Shown: positions 30,413-41,000 of the stretch, in pieces
Numbering within the stretch: the stretch's first letter is position 1
Layout of the letters: every line of letters starts with the position of its first letter
Source of the DNA: Thermoanaerobaculia bacterium
GTDB taxonomy: Bacteria; Acidobacteriota; Thermoanaerobaculia; Gp7-AA8
Length of the DNA stretch: 64,000 nt
Assembly (NCBI GenBank): GCA_035629395.1
Contig: DASPHZ010000014.1
Span: 5,115-69,114 of the forward strand
Reading direction: 5' to 3'
Translations under genes and position numbers: made by a program
The notes under the pieces: model-generated
The model's database searches: none
What the model was told of the DNA's origin: nothing
What the model saw: only the letters and a program-made list of their open reading frames with translations

Positions 30413-32038
30413 ATGGAAATCTGGCAAGATCGAGGTGGAATCGTGCTCCAGTTCGCCGACTTTGCCCTCGATGCCGACCGGCACCGCCTCACCCGCGGCG
30501 GGCGCGAGCTCCGCGCCGAGCCGAAAGTCCTCGGCGTCCTCGCCTATCTCGTGGCCAACCGCAACCGCGTCGTCCCGAAGGAAGAGCTGCTCGACGCGCT
30601 GTGGGAAGAGCGTCACGTCTCCGAGTCCGCCCTCACCCGCGTCATCCGCGATCTCCGCAAGCTCCTCGGCGACTCCTCCGCCGAGCCGCGCTTCATCCGC
30701 ACCGTCTACGGCCGCGGCTTCGTGTTCATCCACGAACTGGCCGATGTCCAGCCCGCCGCGCAGCAGAAGTCGATCGCCGTCCTCCCCTTCACCGACCTCT
30801 CCCCCGAGAAAGACCAGGGATGGTTCTGCGAAGGGCTGGCGGACGAGATCATCAACATGTTGACGAAAGTGGCGAGCCTGGACGTCCTCTCGCGCCAGTC
30901 GTCGTTCGAAGGAGCCGATCCGCGCAAGCTCGGCGTGGCGCACGTGCTCGAAGGGAGCGTACGGAAGTCGGGATCGCGCATGCGCATCACCGTGCATCTC
31001 GTCGACGTCGCCACCGCGCGCACGATCTGGAGCGAGCGTTACGACCGCGACGCGCACGACGTCTTCGCCGTGCAGGAAGACATCGCCGAGCACGCGGCGA
31101 CCGCCCTCCTCGGCGTCCTCGGCGAAAGCGAACAGGCGGCGATCCATCGCCATCCGCGCGCGGAGCTCGCGGCGTGGGAGCTCTACCTCAAAGGCCGCCA
31201 GCTCGCGCATCAGGAGGTGCGGCGCAGCCTCGAAGCGGCGCGGCAGTTGTACGCACGCGCCGTCGAGATCCAGCCGTCGTTCGCGCTGGGGTGGTGCGGC
31301 ATGGCCGATGCGATGGCCGATCTCTACCTCTACCACGTGCGCGACGAGTCGTGGCGTCAGGGCGCGGACGAGGCCAGCCGCCGCGCGGTGGAGCTCGACC
31401 CGTCACTCGCGGACGCACACACGTCGCGCGGTCAGGCACTCGTCCTGCGCGGCGCATACGACGAAGCCATCGACGAATTCGAGACCGCCATCGCACTCGA
31501 CCCGCGCTCGTTCAACGCGCACTTTCTCTACGCGCGCCTGCTCTGGACCCTCGGCCGCGGCGAAGCGGCACTGGCGCACTGCGAGCGCGCCGCGGCCATC
31601 CGTCCCGACGACTACCAGACGCCCACGATGCTGCTGCAGGTCTACTACGCCCTCGGCCGCGAGAGCGATCGCCACAACGCCGCGTTACGCACCGAAGAAT
31701 TGACGCGCAAACGGCTCGAGCTGCGTCCCGACGACGTCCGCGCGTTGTGCATGAACGCCGAGGCGCATTACGTGCTGGGGGAACGGACGAAGGCGATGGA
31801 GCGCATCGACGATGCGTACCGCATCGACCCGAACGACGTCTGCACGCTCTACAACTCCGCGTGCGTCTACGCGCTCGACGGTGCGATCGACAGCGCCCTC
31901 ATCGCGATCGAAGGCGCGGTGCGCGGCGGCTACACGTATCGCGAATGGCTCGAATGCGACGCCGACCTCGTGCACCTGCGCGACGAGCCGCGCTTCCGCG
32001 CGCTCATCGAGTCTTTGCCGCGGGCGTCTCGATCGTAG
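30413..32038 (+). CDS. Winged-helix (OmpR/CadC-type trans_reg_C) DNA-binding protein fused to a TolB-N-like linker and TPR repeats
   Basis: N-terminal FADFALDADRHRLTRGGRELRAEPKVLGVLAYLVANRNRVVPKEELLDALW matches the trans_reg_C fold. The C-terminal half has TPR-like helical repeats. Confidence 0.75.
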   Translation: MEIWQDRGGIVLQFADFALDADRHRLTRGGRELRAEPKVLGVLAYLVANRNRVVPKEELLDALWEERHVSESALTRVIRDLRKLLGDSSAEPRFIRTVYGRGFVFIHELADVQPAAQQKSIAVLPFTDLSPEKDQGWFCEGLADEIINMLTKVASLDVLSRQSSFEGADPRKLGVAHVLEGSVRKSGSRMRITVHLVDVATARTIWSERYDRDAHDVFAVQEDIAEHAATALLGVLGESEQAAIHRHPRAELAAWELYLKGRQLAHQEVRRSLEAARQLYARAVEIQPSFALGWCGMADAMADLYLYHVRDESWRQGADEASRRAVELDPSLADAHTSRGQALVLRGAYDEAIDEFETAIALDPRSFNAHFLYARLLWTLGRGEAALAHCERAAAIRPDDYQTPTMLLQVYYALGRESDRHNAALRTEELTRKRLELRPDDVRALCMNAEAHYVLGERTKAMERIDDAYRIDPNDVCTLYNSACVYALDGAIDSALIAIEGAVRGGYTYREWLECDADLVHLRDEPRFRALIESLPRASRS

Positions 32039-32217
32039 GCAGAACGCATTCGCTCCGCCAACAAAACGGATGATCGACGAGGCCGATGCGGCGAGTCGTT
32101 TCATCTGCCGACGTCGTTCCGACGCGGGAGTCCCGCCCGCCGCCGTCGTCGTGCATCTTTCGAATTCTCCGCGCGGAATCGCAATGCGCGCTCCGCGTAC
32201 ACGTACACTTGCGGGCG

Positions 32218-33786
32218 ATGCGGTCCGCTCCCGCACCCCTTCGTGCACTCGTGCTGCAACTGCTTCTGCTCGCCCTCGCGCTGGGGGTCGTCGCGGCGTT
32301 GCAGTACCGCTGGATCCGCCGCGTGAGCGTCGTCGAGCACGAGCGGATGCGCGCGCAGCTCGAAGCCTCGGCGAGAGACCTCGCGCTCGACGTCAGCCGC
32401 GAGTTCCGCGTCGTATTCGAGACCTTCCTCAAACCCGAACGCGCGGACCTCGTGCCCATCGTCGAGCGCTGGTTCACCGAAGCGGACCATCCCGGCCTCG
32501 TCCGCACCGTCTACACCGCGGATCGCGACGGTGACGTGTGGACGCTGCGCGTGTTCGACGCTCGATCGCGCGCCTTCGTCGAAGCGGAATGGCCGCCCGC
32601 ATTCGCCGAGTTGCGCGAATCGCTCGCCACCCTCGGCGACCGCGGTCCCGATCCGCGCTGGCCTCCTCCTTTCTTCGAGCGCGTGCCGGCGCTGTTCATC
32701 GTGCAGTTGCCCGCGCGGATGACACCGGAGTTCCTGATCGGACGTCCGCGCCGCGTGGTCCTCATCCAGGTCGATTTGCAGGTGCTCGAACAGAAGATCC
32801 TGCCCGCCCTCGCGGCGCGGCATCTCGGCCACGGCGCCGAGGTCGCGCTGCTCGGTCGGGGTGAGCGCAAAACGGCGGACGTGCTCGTGCCGGTGCAGAC
32901 CATCCCGCGGCGCCGTCCCGACCCGCCGCTGCGCGACCGCCCCGCCCCACCACCCGCGTGGCAACTCGCCGTCACGCCTCCCGGCGGCGGCATCGACGCC
33001 GCGGTGCGGAAAGCGACGCGCCGCAATCTCGCCATCAGCGGCGCGGTCCTCGGCCTCCTCGCCATCGCAGGTCTCGCACTCATCGCGCTGCTGCGCCGCG
33101 GCGAGCGTCTGCGCGAACGGCAGGCGCAGTTCGTGGCCGCGCTCAGTCACGAGCTCAACACCCCGCTGGCCGCACTGCGCCTCGCCGGCGAGAACCTCGA
33201 GGACGGCCTGGCGCAGGATCCGGAGAAACTCGCGCGTTACGCGCAGACGATCGTCAAGGAATCGACGCGCCTCAGCGACATGGTCGGCGAAGTGCTCGCA
33301 CTCTCCGGCATGCGCGCGCCGCGACGCGCGACTCCTCGCGAGCCGGTGAACGTCGCCAAGATCGTCGATGACGCCGTCGCGCAATGCCGCGCGGCCATCC
33401 GCAACGTGGTCCCGATCGAAGTCCGCGTCGAAGCGAACCTGCCGCAGATCCAGGCCAACGACGCGGCCATCACGCGTGCGGTGCAGAACCTCGTCGCGAA
33501 CGCGTTGCGCCACGGCGGCGACACGATCGGCGTGCACGCGCGGCGCAACGGCAATGGCGTGACGATCGCCATCGAGGATCGCGGACCGGGTGTCGCGCCC
33601 GACGACGTGCCGCATCTCTTCGAGCCCTTCTATCGCGGACGCAACACCACCGCGAAAGGGACCGGCCTCGGGCTCACGATCGTCCAGGAGATCGTGGCCG
33701 ATCACGGCGGCACGGTCGAATACCAGGCACGCAGCGGAGGCGGCTCCGTCTTCGTCATTCATCTGCCGGGAGAGCCGCATGCCTGA
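32218..33786 (+). CDS. Membrane sensor histidine kinase (2 TM, periplasmic sensor, HisKA, HATPase)
   Basis: H box LSHELNTPL; N/G boxes (NLVANALRHG, DRGPGV, GTGLGL); two TM helices. I chose the start at MRSAPAPLRALVLQLLLL. Confidence 0.8.
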   Translation: MRSAPAPLRALVLQLLLLALALGVVAALQYRWIRRVSVVEHERMRAQLEASARDLALDVSREFRVVFETFLKPERADLVPIVERWFTEADHPGLVRTVYTADRDGDVWTLRVFDARSRAFVEAEWPPAFAELRESLATLGDRGPDPRWPPPFFERVPALFIVQLPARMTPEFLIGRPRRVVLIQVDLQVLEQKILPALAARHLGHGAEVALLGRGERKTADVLVPVQTIPRRRPDPPLRDRPAPPPAWQLAVTPPGGGIDAAVRKATRRNLAISGAVLGLLAIAGLALIALLRRGERLRERQAQFVAALSHELNTPLAALRLAGENLEDGLAQDPEKLARYAQTIVKESTRLSDMVGEVLALSGMRAPRRATPREPVNVAKIVDDAVAQCRAAIRNVVPIEVRVEANLPQIQANDAAITRAVQNLVANALRHGGDTIGVHARRNGNGVTIAIEDRGPGVAPDDVPHLFEPFYRGRNTTAKGTGLGLTIVQEIVADHGGTVEYQARSGGGSVFVIHLPGEPHA

Positions 33787-34480
33787 AGCGCGCACGGGAC
33801 GGCTGCTGCTCGTCGAAGATGAGGAGAGTCTCGCCTTCGCCCTCGAAGACCGGCTCACGCGCGAAGGGCACAACGTCACGCTCGCGCGCGACGGCGTCAC
33901 GGCAATGGAGCTCGCGACGAGCCGCGCGTTCGACATGATCATTCTCGACGTCACCCTGCCGCGCAAGGATGGCTTCGCGGTCTGCGCGGAACTGCGCGAG
34001 AGCCACGTGCGCACGCCCATCCTGATGCTCACCGCCCGCGCCGGCGTGAACGATCGCGTCCGCGGTCTCCGCCTCGGCGCCGACGACTATCTCGCCAAAC
34101 CGTTCGCGACCATCGAGCTGCTCGCGCGCATCGAAGCGCTGCTGCGCCGCGCGCCGGCGCGGCCCGCGTCGACGGAGACATTCGTCGCCGGCGACGTCAC
34201 CGTCGACTTCGTGCACGGCACCGCCACGCGCGCGGACACGCCGCTGCAGATGTCGCCGCTGGAGATGAAACTGCTGCGCTACCTCGCCGAGCGCCGCGGC
34301 CTCGTGGTCAGCCGCGACGAGCTGCTCGAAAAGGTGTGGGGACACGCGGCGGGACTGGCCACGCGCACGGTCGACGTGCACATCGCCTCGCTGCGCCAGA
34401 AGCTCGAGCGGAATCCCGCGCAGCCGGAAGTGATTCAGACGGTGTACGGAGCGGGTTACTCCATTCCGGAAACCTCATGA
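33779..34480 (+). CDS. OmpR-family response regulator
   Basis: Receiver with D54-like MIILDVTLP; C-terminal trans_reg_C (MSPLEMKLLRYLAERRGLVVSRDELLEKVWG). Overlaps the kinase stop by 8 nt. Confidence 0.85.
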   Translation: MPEARTGRLLLVEDEESLAFALEDRLTREGHNVTLARDGVTAMELATSRAFDMIILDVTLPRKDGFAVCAELRESHVRTPILMLTARAGVNDRVRGLRLGADDYLAKPFATIELLARIEALLRRAPARPASTETFVAGDVTVDFVHGTATRADTPLQMSPLEMKLLRYLAERRGLVVSRDELLEKVWGHAAGLATRTVDVHIASLRQKLERNPAQPEVIQTVYGAGYSIPETS

Positions 34481-34965
34481 ATCCCCTCGACGAACTGGCG
34501 GCGCTGCACGCGCGCGTGGACGAAGCGGCGGCGAAGCTCGCCGCGACGCACGCGGATCGCCTCGCCTGCAAACGCGGCTGTTTCGGCTGCTGCGTCGACG
34601 GCGTGACGGTGTTCGCGATCGAAGCCGAGCGCATTCGTCAGGCGCTTCCGGTTGGTGATGCTCACCCACCCGGACGCTGCGCATTCCTCGACGAACACGG
34701 CGCCTGCCGCGTCTACGCGGTACGCCCGTACGTCTGCCGCACGCAAGGCCTCCCCCTGCGCTGGATCGACGAAGAACAGCAGGCCGAGCTCCGCGACGTC
34801 TGCGAGCTCAACGACGGCGAGCCGGGCATCGAGACGCTGGAGAGCGAGGATTGCTGGACCATCGGGCCGTTCGAGCGCGAGCTCGCGGACTTGCAGATGA
34901 AATCGTCCGGGCACCTGCGGCGCGTGGCGCTGCGCGAGATCCTGACGCCCATGCCGGAAGCCTGA
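34477..34965 (+). CDS. YkgJ-family cysteine-cluster (CxxCxGCC) zinc/iron-binding protein
   Basis: CKRGCFGCCVDG...CAFLDEHGACRVYAVRPYVCRTQG is typical of UPF0153/YkgJ. ATGA overlap with the response regulator stop. Confidence 0.65.
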   Translation: MNPLDELAALHARVDEAAAKLAATHADRLACKRGCFGCCVDGVTVFAIEAERIRQALPVGDAHPPGRCAFLDEHGACRVYAVRPYVCRTQGLPLRWIDEEQQAELRDVCELNDGEPGIETLESEDCWTIGPFERELADLQMKSSGHLRRVALREILTPMPEA

Positions 34966-35013
34966 CAGCTCCATCAGGCGCATCCGTTGCACCTCGCGAT
35001 ACGCTAGCTCTGC

Positions 35014-35841
35014 ATGTACCGCTACCTTCGCTACGTTCCGAAAAACCGCCTGAGCCGTGCCGTCGGCCGCCTCGTGCACGCGCGGCTGCCGAAATCTCTG
35101 GCCCGTCTGCTCGTGCACCGCTTCGCGCGCACGTACCAGATCGACCTCGACTCCGCGGGCAAACCGGTCCACGAGTACCCGTCCATCGGCCACTTCTTCA
35201 TCCGCGATCTGCGCGAAGGTCTGCGTCCGATCGAGTCCGACTTCGTGAGCCCCGTCGACGGCGTGCTGCGCAACTACGGCAAAGTCGAGCACGGCCGGCT
35301 CGAACAGATCAAAGGGAAGACGTACACCGTCTCCCGTTTCCTCGGCGACGACCGCAACGCCATCCGCTTCGAGCACGGCGTCTTCTTCAACCTCTATCTC
35401 AGTCCTCAGGACTATCACCACGTGCACTCCCCCGTCGGCGGCAACATCACCCGCAGCGTGCACATCCCCGGCAAGCTCTGGCCGGTGAACGACTGGTCGC
35501 TGCAGAACGTCGACGAGCTCTTCTCGATCAACGAGCGCGTCGTCACCTACATCGAATGCGACCTCGGACTCGTGGCCGTGGTGATGATCGGCGCGACGAA
35601 CGTCGGCAAGATCACCGTCACGTACGACTCGTTCATCTCGAATGTCGTCGGTACGGCGAAGACGGTGGTGCGCGACTACGCCCCGCCCAAACCGATCGCC
35701 GTCGGCGACCGCCTCGGCACGTTCCACATGGGCTCGAGCGTCGTGGTCCTTCTCGAGCCGGGCAAAGTCGACCTCTCGCGCGTGCGACTCGAAACCGGCA
35801 AGAAGACGCAATACGGCGCGGCGATCCTCCATCGCGCCTGA
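35014..35841 (+). CDS. psd: Phosphatidylserine decarboxylase proenzyme
   Basis: Conserved FHMGSS self-cleavage region and GATNVG. Confidence 0.85.
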   Translation: MYRYLRYVPKNRLSRAVGRLVHARLPKSLARLLVHRFARTYQIDLDSAGKPVHEYPSIGHFFIRDLREGLRPIESDFVSPVDGVLRNYGKVEHGRLEQIKGKTYTVSRFLGDDRNAIRFEHGVFFNLYLSPQDYHHVHSPVGGNITRSVHIPGKLWPVNDWSLQNVDELFSINERVVTYIECDLGLVAVVMIGATNVGKITVTYDSFISNVVGTAKTVVRDYAPPKPIAVGDRLGTFHMGSSVVVLLEPGKVDLSRVRLETGKKTQYGAAILHRA

Positions 35842-35890
35842 TGCGGCAAGGCGGCCCGGCAGCGAGCCGATCCGTGCGAAACTCCACGGC

Positions 35891-36988
35891 ATGCACAAAC
35901 TGCTGGTCGCCCTGGCGCTGTGCGCGCCCGTCTACGCGCAGTCCGTCGTCGAATATCCCGTCGCGTATCCGAACGTCCCCTCCGTCGAGACCGGCGCGTG
36001 CCACGCCGCACCCACCGGCTCGACGCACGAGATCACGTTCGACGCGAAAGGCGGCAACACGCTCTGGATCACAGGGCAGAACTACGATCAGGTCGTGCGC
36101 GTCACCGAGTCCGGTGCGATGACGTTCTACGCTATGCCCACCGGCAGCGGTCCGCACGGGATCGAGTTCGACGCCGACCGCAGACTCTGGGTGACGCTCG
36201 AGTTCCACGGCCAGATCGTCCGCCTCGACGCCAACGGCAGGATCGACAAGACCTACGACGTCACCCTCGAGTGCCCGACCTGCGCCAAAGGCGCGCGCAT
36301 CAACACCCACCCGCACGGCCTCTGGTTTGGCCGCGACGGCAAGACGATCTGGTACACCGGCAAAGGCACCGGCACCGTCGGCCGCATCACGCCGGACGGC
36401 AAGCACACGACCTTCCCGCTGACGAAGACGGTCGGCAGCGTGCCGATCTACGTCCGCGCCGGCAACGACGGCACGATGTGGATCACGGAGCTCGTCGGCA
36501 ACGCCATCGCGAAGATCACCGAAGACGGCGAGCTGACGGAGTTTCTGATCCCCACGCACAACAGCCGCCCCATCGCCATCGTCCCCGAGCCGGGCAACAG
36601 CAGGAACATGTGGTTCTCCGAGGAGGCGGGCAATCGGGTGGCGCGGATCACGCCGGAAGGAAAGATCACCGAGTTCCCGATCCCGATGACTCAGCCCAAC
36701 GTCATCCTCGCCGGCCTCGCCTTCGACGACGCCGGCAACCTCTGGGTGCAGCAGTACGTCGACCAGAACAATCCCACGCCGGCCAATCCGAGCCCCGCGG
36801 GCAGCGATCACATCATCCGCATCGACAAGTCGATCCTCACCGCGACCGACCTGAGCCAGGTCCCCGTCACCTTCTACAAAGTGCCGACCACGCAGACCGT
36901 CATGCATCGCATCATGCAGGGGCCGGACGGCAACATCTGGTTCACCGAGCTCGGCTCGAACAAAGTGGGGAAAGTGATCGTCAAATGA
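35891..36988 (+). CDS. Secreted beta-propeller protein of the virginiamycin B lyase (Vgb)-like family
   Basis: Signal MHKLLVALALCAPVYAQ. Repeated blades end in (I/V)T..G....F.(I/L)P (ITEDGELTEFLIP, ITPEGKITEFPIP, GPDGNIWFTELG). Confidence 0.55.
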   Translation: MHKLLVALALCAPVYAQSVVEYPVAYPNVPSVETGACHAAPTGSTHEITFDAKGGNTLWITGQNYDQVVRVTESGAMTFYAMPTGSGPHGIEFDADRRLWVTLEFHGQIVRLDANGRIDKTYDVTLECPTCAKGARINTHPHGLWFGRDGKTIWYTGKGTGTVGRITPDGKHTTFPLTKTVGSVPIYVRAGNDGTMWITELVGNAIAKITEDGELTEFLIPTHNSRPIAIVPEPGNSRNMWFSEEAGNRVARITPEGKITEFPIPMTQPNVILAGLAFDDAGNLWVQQYVDQNNPTPANPSPAGSDHIIRIDKSILTATDLSQVPVTFYKVPTTQTVMHRIMQGPDGNIWFTELGSNKVGKVIVK

Positions 36989-37107
36989 CGCTTCCAATAT
37001 GCCTGACGCGTCTACGTCTTCAATACGGCGGGTGACGCGTCGTTGAATCCTGGCGTAACCTCCTTGCGCTGATTGCTCACCGCGGCGCGCCCCGCCCATC
37101 CATTCCG

Positions 37108-38088
37108 GTGCGCGCCTTCGTCCTCACCCGCTACGGCGGACCCGATGTCCTCCGCATCGCCGAGGTGGCGACGCCGGAGCCGCGTGCGAACGAAGTGCGC
37201 GTGCGGGTGCAGACCATCGGCATCAACTTCGCGGAAATCCTCTCCCGCCGCGGTCTCTACGGCTGGGCGCCGAAGCTCCCCTACGTCCTCGGCATGGAAG
37301 CGTTCGGCGTCATCGACGCCGTCGGCTCCGAAGTCACGTCGCATGTCGCCGGCGCGCCGGTGCTCGTCGGGACGAAGTTCGGCACCTACGCCGACTTTCT
37401 CTGCGTCGCCGCCGATCGTGCGCTGCCGGTGCCGCACGGATTCACTCCCGCACAGAGCGCGGCGTTCGCGGTGAACTACCTCACCGCCTGGATCGGCCTC
37501 ATGGAGCTGGCCCGCCTCCGCCCCACGGATACGCTGCTCGTGACCTCCGCCGCCGGCGGCGTCGGCTCGGCCGCGGTGCAACTCGCCTCACGCTTCGGCG
37601 CGAACGTCGTCGGCATTGCCAGCCCCGGCAAGCAGGACTTCGTCCGCTCCCTCGGCGCGTCGACCGCTCTCGATTACGACGACGAGTTCCCCGCCGCGGA
37701 CGTCATCCTCGAAATGACCGGCGGTCCCGCATATCGCAAAGCCGTGCACAACCTCGCGCCGATGGGACGCATCGTCGTGGCCGGTGCGAGCGACGCCTTC
37801 CCGCGCACGCGCAACCCGTTCGCCCGCATCGCCGCGCTGCGCAATCTCCCGCGCACGAGCGTCTTCGACATGCTGCGCCGCAGTTACGGCGTGATGAGCT
37901 TCCACGGCGGCTGGCTTCTCGAGTCGGGTTCCGTCGCGCGCGCGTTTCAGGATCTCGTCGCCTTCACCGAGCAACACGCCATCACACCGGCGGTGAGTCA
38001 CGAGCTCGCGTTCGAGGAAATGGCCGATGCCCATCGCGTCCTCGAGGAACGGCGTAATCTCGGCAAAGTGGTGGTGCACACGACATGA
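37108..38088 (+). CDS. Zinc-binding dehydrogenase / quinone oxidoreductase (MDR family)
   Basis: TSAAGGVGSAAVQLA nucleotide-binding motif and the MDR fold. Confidence 0.8.
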   Translation: MRAFVLTRYGGPDVLRIAEVATPEPRANEVRVRVQTIGINFAEILSRRGLYGWAPKLPYVLGMEAFGVIDAVGSEVTSHVAGAPVLVGTKFGTYADFLCVAADRALPVPHGFTPAQSAAFAVNYLTAWIGLMELARLRPTDTLLVTSAAGGVGSAAVQLASRFGANVVGIASPGKQDFVRSLGASTALDYDDEFPAADVILEMTGGPAYRKAVHNLAPMGRIVVAGASDAFPRTRNPFARIAALRNLPRTSVFDMLRRSYGVMSFHGGWLLESGSVARAFQDLVAFTEQHAITPAVSHELAFEEMADAHRVLEERRNLGKVVVHTT

Positions 38089-41000
38089 CGAAATTCCTGC
38101 TCGCCGTACTGCTCGCGCTTCCTGCCTCCGCGGCCATGCACGTCTGGACCGGTGCCTCGAGCAACCGTATGTCCGACGCGGCGAACTGGATCGGAGGCGC
38201 GCCCGGAGACGCCACAGCCGCCGAGCTCCTCTTCCCGCCCGGTCCCTCGACGTTCGCCATCACGAACGATCTCCCGGCGCTGACCGTGCGCGCGATCTCC
38301 TTCACCGGCACGGGCTATACGATCGGTGGCCAGCCCATCGCGCTCGCGCCGGATGCGCAGATCGTCGATACCGCGCGAGGCTCGAACACCATCGAGACCG
38401 ACGTCCAGCTCTCCGGCGGTGCGACGCTTTCCAGCGAGGCCGGCGGCATCACGTCGAGCGAGCTCACGCTCTCCGGCGCCATTACCGGTACGGGGCCCGT
38501 CATCGTGTCCGGCGGCAGCCGTACGATCTTCGCGGGCACGCGTCCGAACACGTACTCCGGCGGCACGCACGTCGTCTACGGCACGCTGCGGCTGGCGAAG
38601 AGCGACCACGTCGACGCGGTTCCGGGGGACCTCGACATCGCCGCAAGCGGCGCGATCCTCGGGGAAGGAGGCCGCGTCGAGACGGTGGCCAACGAGCAGA
38701 TCCCCGACTCCGCCACGATCTCCCTCGGCGTCCGCGGATCGATGGGCATCGGCGCGATCGAGACAGTCGGGCCGCTGCACCTCGACAGCAATGCGGAGAT
38801 CACCACCGCCATCGCCACGAGCGGATTCATCACGCCCTTCGGCATGCTCATCCTCGCCGGTGACATCACCGTCGGCGCCTCCTCGCAGAACAGCGCACAG
38901 CTTCGCGGAGACATCGCGCTCTCCGGCATGCGCACCGTGACGTTCTGCTACGAATGCCCGACGCTCACCATTTCGGACCTGCGCGATCACATGCCCGGCT
39001 CCGGCCTCATCGTGCGCACGATGGACGAGACGCCGTGGATGGGGGGCGTCGGCACCAGGGCGACGTATCGCGGTCCGACCATCGTCGACGGTGGTGCGGC
39101 CGCGATCGCCAATCCGAACACCGCCGTGCGCCTGCGCAACGGCAGATTCGCCGGCACCGTCGCATCGCTCATCGCGGAGCGCGGCAGGATCTCGGGCGTC
39201 ACCACCACCGGCGATCTGCGTCTCAGCCCGCTCACGACGGTGCGGATGTCGTCCTCGGCATCGCCGTCCTATCGTGCCGGCGGCGTCGTCGATCTCGCGG
39301 GCGCGACGCTCGATTTCGAGGTGGACGTCAACCTGAGGCGGGAACTCGGTGCTACGTACGTAGCACTTCGCAACGACGGCCCCGGACCGATCCGCGGCAC
39401 GTTCGCGAATGTGCCCGAGGGACGAATCCTCGCGGATCGCTTCCGCGTGTCTTACGTGGGGGGCGATGGCAACGACATGACGCTGACCGAGGTGGGCCGC
39501 TACCGCACGAGCGTGACCATCAGCGCCTCGCCGCGGCACGACCTCACGCCGGGCCAGCAGGTGACGCTCGAAGCGCGCGTGTCGAGCGAGAACAGCGGCA
39601 ACGTTGGCAACGCGGGGCAGGTCGTCTTCCGCGACGGCAGCACCATCATCGGCACAGCGCCGCTGTCGAACGGCGTCGCTGAGCTGACGTTCGCCATCGC
39701 AGGCGGCGTGCACGATTATTCGGCGAGCTACGAAGGCACCGCCACGTTCGCACCATCCACCTCGGTTTCCACGCGGCTCGAAGTGCGTCCGCCGGCGCCG
39801 GTGATCACCTCGATCGAGCCCGCGTCAGCGCAGGCCGGCAGCACCGTCGACGTCGTGGTGCGCGGCACCGACTTCTATCCCGGCGGCTACGTCACGGTCG
39901 CCAGCACACGCGTCGAGACGGCGTTCGTGTCGGCAACCGAAGTGCGCTTCACGTGGCACGTGCCGCGGTCGGCGCAGAACATCTCCGTCGCCATGCAGTA
40001 CGCGCAACCCGCGCCCGGCCGTTTCTCGAACATCGTGCAGGTCCAGGTCACCGGGGTCCCGCCGCTGCCGACCGCGCTCACGTTCGAGCCGCGCGCGGTC
40101 TCCGGTTCCGTCGTTCCCGGCGGGGGCGGAGCGTGGATCGCGCTGCTCCGGCAGCCATCCGGCGCCTTCGAGGTTCGCGATACGTTCATCGGCGATACCG
40201 ACCGCGACGGCATCGTGCGGTGGGAGCAGCCGGACGACGTGCCGTCCGAGAGCACGTGGATCCTCGTCGACATGACCGACGGCCGGATCTCCGCCGGCAC
40301 GCCGAAACTGATCGCACCGCATCAGACCGAGCATCCCGTCCTCTTCCTCCGCGACGAGCAGGAAAACTATTCGCGGGTGCAGTTGCACACATCCGGCAAC
40401 GACGAGCACGTGCTGTGGGTGCGCCCCGGCGTCGGCGCATGGACGGCGGCGGTGACGGATGGAGGTCCGAATGATCTGGACGGGACCTTCAACAACTACG
40501 CGTTTCTCGACGCTGCGAAGATGCGCCCTGCCGGCGCCTCCATCGTGCCGGTTCCACCCGGATTCCAGCCGGGAGACGTCTTCGTTCGCGTCAAAGGCCT
40601 CGAGCGGCAGTGGTTCGGTGTGCACATCGACGAGCAGCGCCTGCGCGCGTCCGACGGCGCCGGCGTCCTGCGCTTCGCGCGGCGCGACGGCGACAACATC
40701 GGCTGGCGCGAAGGCGACCCGGTGCGCGTCCCGGTCATGCGCGTCGGCGGCACCGGCGGGGAAGTCTCGGTGCGTTACCTCATCGAGGCGGTCACCGCGA
40801 CGGGCGCGATGTTCGGCGTTCCAAGCCTCGGCACGCTGACGTTTGTCCCCGGCCAGATGCTCTCCGTCATCGACATGCCGGTGGTCGACGACGAGGCCTA
40901 CGCGGGGCGCCTCACGTATCGCATCACGCTCTCGAATCCCGCCGGCACGACCATCGAAGGGAACCCGGTGCACACGCTCCGCGTCGACGACGACGACCCG

